A stretch of DNA of 64,000 bases from Bacteroidota bacterium (GTDB taxonomy: Bacteria; Bacteroidota; Bacteroidia; NS11-12g; UBA9320), in the NCBI GenBank assembly GCA_018700895.1, contig JABIUV010000007.1, positions 80,154 through 144,153 on the forward strand, read 5' to 3'. Both the position numbers and the translations under genes were made by a program. The notes under the pieces are model-generated. The model made no database searches. It worked only from the letters and a program-made list of their open reading frames with translations, and was not told the DNA's origin. Below are positions 21,366-31,279 of the stretch, one piece after another. The stretch's first letter is position 1. Each line of letters opens with the position of its first letter.

Positions 21366-23390
21366 TTACTTCATCGCCTTTAGTTTTTCTTCCAATTGAT
21401 TCATCTCGTCTCGCAGTCTTGCCGCCTCCATAAAGTCCATATCCTTGGCGGCTCTGAGCATTTGTGCTTTGGTAGCTTCTATGGCCTTTTTCACACCATC
21501 TTTGCTCATATACTGCATTACTGGGTCTGCAGCTACGCTCAAGGTATTTTCTCGTCGTTCGTATGGATTCGTTACCTTTTCTAATGCCGATTTTTCTTTT
21601 TTCTCAAATACCGACTCTTTACTTCTGATGATGGTTTCTGGGTTGATACCGTGCTCCTGGTTATACTTCATCTGAACCATACGTCTGCGTTCTGTCTCGT
21701 CTATGGTCAATTGCATACTGTCAGTAATTTTATCAGCATACATTATAACCTTACCATTCACATTACGAGCAGCTCTACCTACGGTCTGCACAAGACTTCT
21801 TTCGCTACGCAAAAATCCTTCCTTGTCTGCATCTAATATAGCCACCAAACTTACCTCTGGTAAATCGAGTCCTTCTCTCAGCAGATTTACACCTATGAGT
21901 ACATCAATATCTCCTGCTCGCAACCTATCAAGTATTTCTACCCTATCCATGGTTTTTACCTCGGAGTGAATGTACGTAGCCGAGATGCCAAGATTACGGA
22001 TATACTTATCCAGCTCTTCGGCCATACGCTTGGTAAGTGTAGTTACCAATACGCGGTCTCCCATTTTTATACGTTCATCAATTTGCTCTAGCAAATCGTC
22101 TACCTGATTCGTACTCGGTTTTACTTCTATTACTGGATCTAATAATCCTGTAGGACGTATTACTTGTTCTACGATAACTCCTTCACTTTCTGCGATTTCG
22201 TGATCGGCAGGTGTAGCACTTACATACACCACCTGATTGGTCACCTCACCAAATTCTTCAAATTTTAACGGCCTATTATCGAGTGCTGCGGGCAACCTAA
22301 AACCGTAATCTACCAAGTTAATTTTTCGAGCCCTATCTCCACCGTACATTGCACGTACTTGAGGCAGCGTTACGTGGCTTTCATCTATAATCATCAGATA
22401 GTCATCGGGGAAGTAGTCTATCAAACAGAACGGGCGTTGCCCGGGTTGTCTGCCATCCATGTACCTACTATAATTTTCTATTCCGCTGCAGTAACCAAGC
22501 TCACGCATCATCTCCATGTCAAACTCAGTACGCTCATGTAACCGTTTGGCTTCCAACGGCTTCCCTATACTTCTGAAATAATCTACCTGCTTCACCATAT
22601 CGTCTTGTATATGCGTAATAGCATTATTCAATCTGTCCTTTGGCGTAACGAATAACTGTGCAGGGAAAATAGCCGCATCAGATAATACTTCTATGCGTTG
22701 GCCGGTCATAGGGTCTATGGTTTCTATGTCTTCTATCTCGTTACCAAAAAACCCAATACGTAAGGCAATATCATCATACGCCAAGTAAATATCCACTGTA
22801 TCTCCTTTAACTCTAAAAGTTCCCCGCTTAAAATCGGCAGTGGTACGCGAATACAAACTGCCTACTAAGGCATGTAACAAGGTGTTTCTCGCTATTTTTT
22901 GCCCTCGGCTAATACGTATAATACTGTCCTCGTAATCGTTTGGGTTACCTGCACCATATATACAACTTACCGATGCTACTACGATAATATCGCGTCTACC
23001 ACTTTGGAGTGCAGAGGTCGTTTGCAGTCGCATTTTCTCTATCTCCTCATTGATGTTGAGGTCCTTTTCGATGTAGGTATTGCTACTTGGTATGAATGCC
23101 TCTGGCTGGTAGTAATCGTAGTAGGACACAAAATACTGTACCGAGTTATTAGGGAAGAAATGTTTGAACTCGCCGTATAACTGGGCTACTAGCGTTTTGT
23201 TATGACTTACAATGAGCGTAGGGCGTTGCGTTTGTTGTATCACATTTGCCATGGTAAATGTTTTACCGCTGCCGGTAACACCAAGTAGTGTTTGTGCTGG
23301 CAAACCTTCATTCACACCTTGCACCAATTGTTTTATTGCTTCGGGTTGGTCCCCTGTAGGTTCAAAAGGTGCTTGTAGTTCAAAAGACAT
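21366..23390 (-). CDS. uvrB: Excinuclease ABC subunit B
   Basis: GVTGSGKT, YYDYYQPEA, DESH, NLLREGLD, C-terminal UVR domain FMEAARLRD. Confidence 0.98.
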   Translation of the reverse strand: MSFELQAPFEPTGDQPEAIKQLVQGVNEGLPAQTLLGVTGSGKTFTMANVIQQTQRPTLIVSHNKTLVAQLYGEFKHFFPNNSVQYFVSYYDYYQPEAFIPSSNTYIEKDLNINEEIEKMRLQTTSALQSGRRDIIVVASVSCIYGAGNPNDYEDSIIRISRGQKIARNTLLHALVGSLYSRTTADFKRGTFRVKGDTVDIYLAYDDIALRIGFFGNEIEDIETIDPMTGQRIEVLSDAAIFPAQLFVTPKDRLNNAITHIQDDMVKQVDYFRSIGKPLEAKRLHERTEFDMEMMRELGYCSGIENYSRYMDGRQPGQRPFCLIDYFPDDYLMIIDESHVTLPQVRAMYGGDRARKINLVDYGFRLPAALDNRPLKFEEFGEVTNQVVYVSATPADHEIAESEGVIVEQVIRPTGLLDPVIEVKPSTNQVDDLLEQIDERIKMGDRVLVTTLTKRMAEELDKYIRNLGISATYIHSEVKTMDRVEILDRLRAGDIDVLIGVNLLREGLDLPEVSLVAILDADKEGFLRSERSLVQTVGRAARNVNGKVIMYADKITDSMQLTIDETERRRMVQMKYNQEHGINPETIIRSKESVFEKKEKSALEKVTNPYERRENTLSVAADPVMQYMSKDGVKKAIEATKAQMLRAAKDMDFMEAARLRDEMNQLEEKLKAMK

Positions 23391-23610
23391 AACTGCAAAG
23401 TTAGTGCATCTATACAAGTGAGCAGTGACATAAAAGTTTTATCTGGCTCCAAAAGTTTAACCAAAAATGGCGTCTGTTATTTTGAAAATTCTGAAGACGA
23501 GAACTATCAACTAGCTGCTTAGTAAAGTTAGAATACCTATTACATTGAGTCTTAGTCTAAACTATTCCCCCCTAGGCAATTTTGATCTCTCAATGTTGTG
23601 AACGATATAA

Positions 23611-24456
23611 CTAACTAAAAAAGTCTTTCAAAGTACCCGAATCTCCTAGCTTGAAACCTCTATCTGTAAGAATTGCCTTGCCACATTCCAAATTTAAATC
23701 GTGCTCAAAGAATAACGTGTAATCCTTAGACACTGCCTCTTGTAGAAACGCTTCACGTTCACGCATCGTGTCTAAGGGGCGAATGTCATATCCCATTACA
23801 TAGTTGGGGCGAATGTGTCCTGCACTAGGTATCATATCTGCCATAAATACCAATGTATCTCCGTTCACATTTATCTTAGGACAAAACATCGACTCGGTAT
23901 GACCCTGAGCCAAAATACCAGATATATTTTCCGTTATTTTTAAATCATTACCTATAAAATGTAGATCACCATACTCTTGTATCGGCATCATATTCTCGGT
24001 TAGAAATGATGCTTTTTCTCTTGGATTAGGATTAATCGCATGTTCCCAATGACTGCGGTGCACCCAATGTTTTGCATTGGGGAAAGTTAGCTCATAGCCA
24101 TCTTTCATTGTATTCCATTTCACAGCTCCACCGCAATGGTCAAAGTGCAAATGCGTAAGAATAACATCTGTAATATCCTTAAAATCAACACCTACATCGT
24201 TTAGTGACTTCTGTAAGGTATGGATGCCATTGAGGTAATAGTACCCGAAGAATTTTTCGCTTTGCTTCTCCCCCATTCCTGTATCTATTAGCACAAGTCT
24301 CTCTCCGTCTTCTACAAGCAGACATCGCATTGCCCAGTTGCAGAGGTTATTTTCATCCGCTGGGTTTATTCGTTGCCAAATGCTTTTGGGCACCGTACCG
24401 AACATTGCTCCTCCATCGAGCATAAAATTTCCTGTATGTATTGTTTGTATTCTCAT
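23611..24456 (-). CDS. MBL-fold metallo-hydrolase (YtnP-like)
   Basis: LDGGAMFG, THLHFDHCGG, GHT, FFEHD. Confidence 0.92.
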   Translation of the reverse strand: MRIQTIHTGNFMLDGGAMFGTVPKSIWQRINPADENNLCNWAMRCLLVEDGERLVLIDTGMGEKQSEKFFGYYYLNGIHTLQKSLNDVGVDFKDITDVILTHLHFDHCGGAVKWNTMKDGYELTFPNAKHWVHRSHWEHAINPNPREKASFLTENMMPIQEYGDLHFIGNDLKITENISGILAQGHTESMFCPKINVNGDTLVFMADMIPSAGHIRPNYVMGYDIRPLDTMREREAFLQEAVSKDYTLFFEHDLNLECGKAILTDRGFKLGDSGTLKDFFS

Positions 24457-24462
24457 GGGTAA

Positions 24463-24969
24463 TTAATAGGTATGTTTTATAAATTTCGACATCTTAGATA
24501 CATCTCTAGACTGTATCCCCATTATATAAACTCCTGATTCTAAATTGTTTAAATAGATGGTTTGAGGGAAGGTAGGAAAGTCCTGTATATTATTGAGAAG
24601 CATAGAGTACACCACATTGCCATACACATCATATATCAGCATGGTAGCTGGAGATATTTCTTGCGAGGCAAACTGCATACTAAAGTTAATACGGTCAAAA
24701 ACCGGATTGGGATAGTAATAGAAGAAAAAGAAATCACTGCGACATACTCCGTTCTGATCAGGAGAACTGTAATTTACACCTCCTACATTTGTCATTTCGC
24801 AGCCGTTGCGGTAGGTTACATTATTGCATCCACACACAGGATCAAAACTCGGGTCATTGCACTGGTAATATGGGTTAATTCTATTGCTATCTATACAATC
24901 GTTAAATTGGGCTTTTGCCAAAAAAGGCAAGATTATAATACATAAAAGGGAAAATCTGCTCATTTTCAT
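24463..24969 (-). CDS. Small T9SS-secreted protein with a Kazal-like domain
   Basis: Signal peptide; C..DPVCGCNNVTYRNGCE Kazal motif; YPNP...SGVYI...KFIK tail. Confidence 0.8.
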   Translation of the reverse strand: MKMSRFSLLCIIILPFLAKAQFNDCIDSNRINPYYQCNDPSFDPVCGCNNVTYRNGCEMTNVGGVNYSSPDQNGVCRSDFFFFYYYPNPVFDRINFSMQFASQEISPATMLIYDVYGNVVYSMLLNNIQDFPTFPQTIYLNNLESGVYIMGIQSRDVSKMSKFIKHTY

Positions 24970-24973
24970 TTGG

Positions 24974-25217
24974 TCAAAAGTAAACTCTCCATTTACTCCA
25001 AGATGCGTAATTCGGTTCTCCCTTCGCATGTTTTTCTAGCATACCGTCCATCATAATGTTTATACTCATCAGACAGTTCAGAGTCATTTGCCTGTTGCTT
25101 TAACACGTGTTCCATGTAGTTTTTTAGCTTACGGCCTTGTTTTTCAGCTTGTTGTGTTAGGATTGCAATAGTCTCGGCGTCTAGACTTACTTCTTTTCTT
25201 TGTTTATTTTTTAGCAT
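24974..25217 (-). pseudogene. Ribbon-helix-helix antitoxin-like gene, probably frameshifted near 25058
   Basis: N-half RKEVSLDAETIAIL..AEKQGRKLKNYMEHVL; the shifted frame continues IMMDGMLEKHAKGEPNYASWSK...TGA at 24974-24976. Confidence 0.55.
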
Positions 25218-25288
25218 ACCCGTATATCTTACGGCTAAGATACGTATAACTTGCGAAAAGTTTGAGGTTCTTTCTTCGAAACTTCTGA

Positions 25289-27259
25289 CTAATACCTCCT
25301 CGGCAGCTCCACCTTATTGTGTCTGATATTCCACTTAAGACCGCCAATAATCCATCTGCCGGGCATACGAGCTCCTAGTATTTCTTGATACTGCGTGTCA
25401 AGCACATTACGTACATCTATGTACACAGATAGTGGCATTAGGTCCGTAGTGTAACTCACACGTGTGTTGAGCACAGCATAGTCTGTAGGTATGCTCGCAT
25501 CTGCGGAAGGAAAATCTTCTGCATTTCTGGTGATTAAACTTCCTCCTACATTTACATCAAAACCATAGAACGCGTAGTTGATAGCTCCATTTAGGTTGTG
25601 CGTAGGGTGATTAGAAATGTACTTGGATGTGATACTATCCGGAGAGTTGGTCTGTAAGAACGTGTAGTTTACTCGAACCGACAGTTTATTAGCACCAAAC
25701 TTCTTGGCATATTGCAGTGAAAATTCATTTCCCCAAGTAAATGCTTCAGAAATATTCTGAGCGTATAAGTAGTTGAATGTATCTGCTAGATTTGTCAAAT
25801 TAGTGATATCTGATCCGCTAGTGAGAGCAAAGTCTATCAAGTCCTTGGAGTTTCTACCAAAAATGGTATTAGATAGTATCAAATCTCCTAAGAAAGCGTC
25901 TACACCTAGATCATAGTTCCAAGAAGATTCTGGCAAGAGGTCGGGATTTCCTACGCTTCTTCCTGCACTTACTAGCGGAGTATTGTTATTGTTAAACTGT
26001 TCAGTAAAGTCTCCTTGACGGATAGCTCTACCTATGCTAGATCTAAATACTAAAGCTCCATTGCGATAAGCCGCGTTGATTTGCGGGATAAACTGTAGAC
26101 CGATTTGCTCTGATTGTTCCAGTCTTAGACCACCGTTTAGACTTAGCTTTTTTATCTTTTTACTAGCCAGTATAAATGCTGCATTGGACAGTCGCTTATG
26201 GTCTCCTCTATCATTGCTTGTAATATCTTGCCAGTCGGTTTGTGTTCCTGTGTTGAGGTTTATTCCTATAAACCTAAATTGGTGCGAAAGCGTAGCATTC
26301 ACACGTTGCATCTCATGGTTATTAATCGAAGCCACTAAGGGATTTGGGTTAAAGATAAACTCATCCGTACTCTTTTTGTAACTTGCCGTTAGTTCTGTTT
26401 TACCAGCATCCGAGTCGTAGCTTACAGCACTTTGCAGCCACTGAGCACCTGTACTTTCTGTACTCTCATCAAAAGAACTCAGAGTGTAAAAATACTTGGC
26501 ACTAAAGTCACGTGCATCCACTCCTACACGAGCATAAGCCTTTAGTTTTTTAGACCTGTAATTGGCTGCTGCTGAGTATGTTTTTAGGTCAAACTGAGTG
26601 TTGTTTAAGCTGTCTCCTCGCTGATAATTAGTGAAATTTGGGTTCACAAACTCTTCTCCATCTGAAGCCGCAGATCGCATACTGGCTGTAAATCCAAATT
26701 TCTTAAATTGCTGTTGTATCTGAAGGTCAGTAGAGGTGAGATTGTTTGCACCAAAACCCACATTTCCAGTAGTAGACGTATACCTATCTGTATTATTTAA
26801 AGCTTCATACGCTTTTGTTTTTATGTGAATGATGCCACCCACAGCATCTGCACCGAAGCTGGCTGCAGCAGAACCGCGTATTACCTCTACACGCTCTATC
26901 TCACTCATAGGAACAGGCACGTTGTTGTTATAATGGCCCGTTAGCGGATCATTGATACGCTGGTTATCAACTAATACAAGTACTTGAGAATACGTACTTC
27001 CACGCATTCCTATGTCTGCTTGTACTCCAAAACCGCCACGGCTATTGATATTGATACCGCCTACGTATTGGAATAATTCATCTATGGTGGTTACGGGTAA
27101 TTGTTGTATCTGATTCTGAGAAATAATAGTAATGCTCTTGCCGCTTTCATAAACCTTAACAGGCAATCTGGTTGCTGAGACTTCTATGGAGTCTAGTGAT
27201 TGTTGAGCAAAGAGAGAAAAGGAGAACAAAGCTGAGCAAAGGATAAAAATCTTACGCAT
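25289..27259 (-). CDS. TonB-dependent receptor (BtuB-like architecture)
   Basis: Plug motifs MRGS, ERVEVIRGS, GADAVGGII; GNPDLLPE; start moved to MRKIFIL. Confidence 0.9.
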   Translation of the reverse strand: MRKIFILCSALFSFSLFAQQSLDSIEVSATRLPVKVYESGKSITIISQNQIQQLPVTTIDELFQYVGGININSRGGFGVQADIGMRGSTYSQVLVLVDNQRINDPLTGHYNNNVPVPMSEIERVEVIRGSAAASFGADAVGGIIHIKTKAYEALNNTDRYTSTTGNVGFGANNLTSTDLQIQQQFKKFGFTASMRSAASDGEEFVNPNFTNYQRGDSLNNTQFDLKTYSAAANYRSKKLKAYARVGVDARDFSAKYFYTLSSFDESTESTGAQWLQSAVSYDSDAGKTELTASYKKSTDEFIFNPNPLVASINNHEMQRVNATLSHQFRFIGINLNTGTQTDWQDITSNDRGDHKRLSNAAFILASKKIKKLSLNGGLRLEQSEQIGLQFIPQINAAYRNGALVFRSSIGRAIRQGDFTEQFNNNNTPLVSAGRSVGNPDLLPESSWNYDLGVDAFLGDLILSNTIFGRNSKDLIDFALTSGSDITNLTNLADTFNYLYAQNISEAFTWGNEFSLQYAKKFGANKLSVRVNYTFLQTNSPDSITSKYISNHPTHNLNGAINYAFYGFDVNVGGSLITRNAEDFPSADASIPTDYAVLNTRVSYTTDLMPLSVYIDVRNVLDTQYQEILGARMPGRWIIGGLKWNIRHNKVELPRRY

Positions 27260-27503
27260 AGTGTTGTTTTGTAAACTTTGCTGCAACGGTAAGACGATTT
27301 TAGCGAAAAGGCAAAGTGAAAAAGGACGAAGTCGGTTGTAGCCCATTGCGTCTTAACTTAACAATAATATACACTAAGGCCTTAGCCGTAACTGCACAAG
27401 CAGAAAATATTAAGCTAAAAATGATATGTTCATAGTGTAAAATTCGAAAGTAAACTTAAGAACTCAGAACGACAATACTTAATCTTCACCTTGGAACAGT
27501 TTA

Positions 27504-28772
27504 CTAATCTATCACATCAAACCCACAGTACGGTCTCAACACCTCAGGAACGATAATGCCTTCGGGCGTTTGGTAGTTTTCCAAGATGCTTGCCATAATA
27601 CGTGGAAGAGCTAAAGCACTGCCATTGAGCGTATGAGCATACTCATTTTTACCATCACTATTCTTGAAACGCAGTTTTAGTCTATTGGCTTGAAACGTCT
27701 CAAAGTTAGAAACAGAACTTACCTCTAACCACCGCTCTTGTGCTGCACTCCATACTTCCATATCATAAGTCATAGCACTCGCAAATCCCGTATCTCCTCC
27801 GCAGAGTAGCAATACACGATACTGTAGCCCAAGTTCCTTTAGCAGGCTCTGTACGTAGCTGCTCATATCTTCTAACAGCTCGTAAGAGTTACTTGGGTGT
27901 ACTAGCTGTACGATTTCTACTTTATCAAATTGATGGAGTCTGTTCAATCCACGTACATCCTTACCATAGCTGCCTGCCTCTCTACGGAAACACGGAGAAT
28001 GACCACAATTTTTTATTGGGAAATCATCCTCTTTCAAAATTACATCACGGTAGATATTGGTAATCGGCACTTCTCCTGTGGGTATAGCATATAGATTATC
28101 TACTTGCATATGATACATCTGCCCTTCTTTGTCAGGCAATTGACCCGTCCCTATTCCACTTGCTTCGTTTACGAATAGTGGTGGTTGTATTTCTTCAAAA
28201 CCGGCATCTCTTCCTTTGTCCAAGAACCAATTGATAAGTGCACGTTGTAGTCTCGCCCCTTTTCCTCTATATACCGGAAATCCGGCTCCGGTGATTTTTA
28301 CCCCGAGTTCAAAGTCGATGAGATTATATTTCTCACAAAGCTCCCAGTGCGGCAAATTTTGGGTCAAATTTGGTTTTTCACCGTGCTCTAAAACTACTTT
28401 GTTATCCGCCTCACTTTTGCCAGCAGGCACCGCTTCTCCGGGTGCATTTGGAATTTGGTAAAGTACGTCTAGCAACTCATTTTCTATGGCCTTTAGTTCG
28501 TCTCCTAGCTCAGAGCTCTTGGCTTTTAGCTCTGGACTTTTAGCCTTTAGCTCATTTGCTTCGTCTATTTTTTTCTGTGCGAATAGCTGACCTATTTCTT
28601 TTGATATCTTGTTGCTTTCGGCTAATACATCGTCCATTTCCAACTGCGTACTTTTACGCTTATCATCCAAGGTAAGTGCCTGATCTATGAGGTCTGTGAA
28701 ATCCTTACCTCTTTTAGCCAATCGGGCAATGACACCCTCTTTGTCTGCTCGTATATCTTGTATTAATAGCAT
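27504..28772 (-). CDS. serS: Serine--tRNA ligase
   Basis: FRREAGSYGKD, RLHQFDKVE, EVSSVSN, HTLNGSALA. Confidence 0.98.
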   Translation of the reverse strand: MLLIQDIRADKEGVIARLAKRGKDFTDLIDQALTLDDKRKSTQLEMDDVLAESNKISKEIGQLFAQKKIDEANELKAKSPELKAKSSELGDELKAIENELLDVLYQIPNAPGEAVPAGKSEADNKVVLEHGEKPNLTQNLPHWELCEKYNLIDFELGVKITGAGFPVYRGKGARLQRALINWFLDKGRDAGFEEIQPPLFVNEASGIGTGQLPDKEGQMYHMQVDNLYAIPTGEVPITNIYRDVILKEDDFPIKNCGHSPCFRREAGSYGKDVRGLNRLHQFDKVEIVQLVHPSNSYELLEDMSSYVQSLLKELGLQYRVLLLCGGDTGFASAMTYDMEVWSAAQERWLEVSSVSNFETFQANRLKLRFKNSDGKNEYAHTLNGSALALPRIMASILENYQTPEGIIVPEVLRPYCGFDVID

Positions 28773-28960
28773 AGCGAGTACAAAGGTGAAATAAAAAAAA
28801 GGAAAACACTAAAGTTTTAACATTAAGAAGGTGAGTCTAGTTGCTCTAAGATTTAAGTAAAAGGACGACGCTTACGGTTACCCTTCACTTTTCAGCAAGG
28901 ACATTAAGTTTTTGTCTTTGACAAAAGTCTTAATGAAACTTAATTCCGTAATGGTCAATT

Positions 28961-30052
28961 TTAGGCCTTTATCAAATATTCCTCTAACTCGGTAATCCGC
29001 TCCTCTATCAAGAAGCGATCAATCACACTTTGCTTAGTAGCTTGACCCATCTGCCGGCGGAGTTTCGTATCTGAAATAAGACGTGCAGTTTTGCTGGCGA
29101 AATCCGTATTGTCTAAGTGCGTAGCTAGCAATCCTGTTTTGCCGTCTGTGATAATCTCAGGATTACTTGTAATGTCAAAAGCCACCACGGGTTTTCCTTT
29201 GGCCATGGCTTCTACTATCACAAATCCAAAACCTTCCCAACTACTGCTGAGTACAAAAATGTCTATGCTTCGCATAAACGCTTCCATGTCGGCTACAAAT
29301 CCAAGGAGAATTACTTCGTTTTCTAGTTTTTTGGCACTAATGCCGGCTTGTAATTCATCGTACAGCTCACCCGTGCCTGCTATATAAAGCTTGAATTTCA
29401 CACCTTGCACTTTTAGTTGCTCGGCAACTTCTATAAGATGCTGCTGTCCTTTTTGGAGTGTAAGTCTGCCCGCGTTACCTAGTATAATAGTACCTTCTTC
29501 TGCATTCACTTGGGGCAACTTAGCACCTCCATCAGCAAGCAATTTTTCGTCTATACCGTGATAAATTAACCCAATCTTATCTGCTGCTATGTACTTACTC
29601 AGATTTTCTAGCATTGTACGTTTCGTCTCTTGTGAGTTGGCTATGAGGTGTGTGCAAGCCTTGTTCATACAGTACCGATTTACGATGCTGTTTTTGATAG
29701 GCGTTGCAAGTCCTCTTAGGTACACTACCTTGTTGCACTTAGCCCAATGTGCAGCGATACTCGCTGTTTTTAAGTCTTGAGATGTGGTGAAAATTACCGT
29801 GTCTATTCCTTCATTTTGGAAGTAGGCTTTTATCCGAAGTAGTTTGAATATATTAAGAAATGAAGTACTTCCTACCTTCACCGCAATGGTCTCAAAGCCT
29901 TCACCTTGTGCTCTGTTCCACAGCTCACTGCCACGGTGAGCCGCAATGGTTACTTTGTAACCTTTCTTGCGAAAGGCCTTCGCATTTTCTAAGTGGAGCT
30001 TTTCGCCACCTCCCCAAAAATTGGAGCTATTGAAGAAGCAGATTTTTTTCAT
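28961..30052 (-). CDS. Glycosyltransferase family 4 (GT-B)
   Basis: WGGGE, GRL..QKG, EGFGFVIVEAMA. Confidence 0.92.
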   Translation of the reverse strand: MKKICFFNSSNFWGGGEKLHLENAKAFRKKGYKVTIAAHRGSELWNRAQGEGFETIAVKVGSTSFLNIFKLLRIKAYFQNEGIDTVIFTTSQDLKTASIAAHWAKCNKVVYLRGLATPIKNSIVNRYCMNKACTHLIANSQETKRTMLENLSKYIAADKIGLIYHGIDEKLLADGGAKLPQVNAEEGTIILGNAGRLTLQKGQQHLIEVAEQLKVQGVKFKLYIAGTGELYDELQAGISAKKLENEVILLGFVADMEAFMRSIDIFVLSSSWEGFGFVIVEAMAKGKPVVAFDITSNPEIITDGKTGLLATHLDNTDFASKTARLISDTKLRRQMGQATKQSVIDRFLIEERITELEEYLIKA

Positions 30053-30083
30053 CTAATTGTATGTTACCCTTTTGGGTTGTTCA

Positions 30084-30302
30084 GTTCTCGGTACAGCTTT
30101 CTCTGTGAGAAAACCACTCGAACTGACAACGGTTACGACAAACTTAGGAGGTAAGACGAAAAGCCTTGTCAGTTCGAGTGTTCTTTGACGGTAGGAAAAG
30201 AATTTATCGAGAAGTGGACGAGGAGTTGAATGAATCATTGTACCAAGTAGGTTGTCACATTGAGTGATTTTTCGAAGGTAGGAGAAAAATTGTATCGAAG
30301 TG
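30084..30302. repeat. Cluster of three ~45-50 bp palindromic REP-like units (one inverted, two direct)
   Basis: cactcgaactgaca (30115-30128) is the exact reverse complement of tgtcagttcgagtg (30167-30180); third copy tgtcacattgagtg...tgtatcgaag; each unit has an internal hairpin. Confidence 0.75.
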
Positions 30303-31013
30303 CTACAACACCGCATTATGAAACACGTTCTGTACGTCTTCGTCTTCTTCTAATTTTTCTATGAGGCCATTTATCTCTTCTTTTTGTCCATCCGTAAGAT
30401 CTATAGTTTGATGCGGTATACGCTCTATATCTACTGAGGCTATCTCCACTCCTACTGTTTCTAGGCCTTTTTGCATATTGCCATAATCGGTAAATCCAGT
30501 GTATACCAACGTCTCATCTTCTACCTGCTCTATCTCTTCTAGTCCGTAGTCTATGAGTTCTAGCTCCAGCTCTTCAAGGTCTTTATCACCCTGCTCTATT
30601 TTGAAAATTGCCTTTCGCTCAAAGTTGAATTCTTGTGAGCCACTAGTACCTAGTTCGCCGCCGTTTTTTCGGAAAATGGCCCTAACATTGGCCACTGTTC
30701 TGTTTATATTGTCCGTAGCGGTTTCTATCATAAGGCTCAGACCATAAGGGCCTTTCCCCTCATAAAGTACCTCCTCATAGTTGCTTGCATCCTTGTCACT
30801 TGCTTTTTTGATGGCCGCCTCTACACGGTCTTTGGGCATATTCTCAGACTTGGCATTTTTCATAGCCATACGCAGTCTGGAATTGTTGTCAGGGTCGGGT
30901 CCGCCTTCTCTTACGGCCATAGATATCTCCTTACCTATGCGTGTAAAGGTTACCGCCATTTTGCCCCAGCGTTTCATTTTTCGGGCTTTCCTAAATTCGA
31001 ATGCTCTTCCCAT
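30303..31013 (-). CDS. YebC/PmpR family protein, Bacteroidota MGRAFE type
   Basis: MGRAFEFRKARKMKRW, YEGKGPYG, TDNINRT, EDEDVQNVFHN. Confidence 0.93.
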   Translation of the reverse strand: MGRAFEFRKARKMKRWGKMAVTFTRIGKEISMAVREGGPDPDNNSRLRMAMKNAKSENMPKDRVEAAIKKASDKDASNYEEVLYEGKGPYGLSLMIETATDNINRTVANVRAIFRKNGGELGTSGSQEFNFERKAIFKIEQGDKDLEELELELIDYGLEEIEQVEDETLVYTGFTDYGNMQKGLETVGVEIASVDIERIPHQTIDLTDGQKEEINGLIEKLEEDEDVQNVFHNAVL

Positions 31014-31279
31014 AAGGCAAATTTAAGTTTAAGTTGAAGTAAAAGTTTAAGATTAAGCTCAAAAATACCTAAACTCTGAATAATGTGATGGTAAGCAGGA
31101 GTCGTTCCCTATACTAGCGGCTATTCCATACACTGAAATCATAACGACAAATCTTGCATCCCTACCAAAAACATCCTTGTTATTTAAAAATAAGACAGTC
31201 CACATTTGTAGCCCAAAGATCGTTCATTGGCACAAAAAAATCCCTTACTTTTGCAACCTCAAAAAACAAGAATTAGAAT

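Noticed and set aside
27260-27500. Cobalamin riboswitch upstream of the BtuB-like receptor
   Set aside because: No recognisable B12-box or conserved core motifs
28902-28934. Imperfect palindrome between the GT4 gene and serS
   Set aside because: AT-rich and imperfect; cannot tell terminator, operator and chance apart
30084-30302. CRISPR array
   Set aside because: Units are degenerate, in mixed orientation and irregularly spaced; no cas genes in the window
30053-30316. 87-aa ORF in the track
   Set aside because: Lies over the palindromic repeat cluster; no protein-like features
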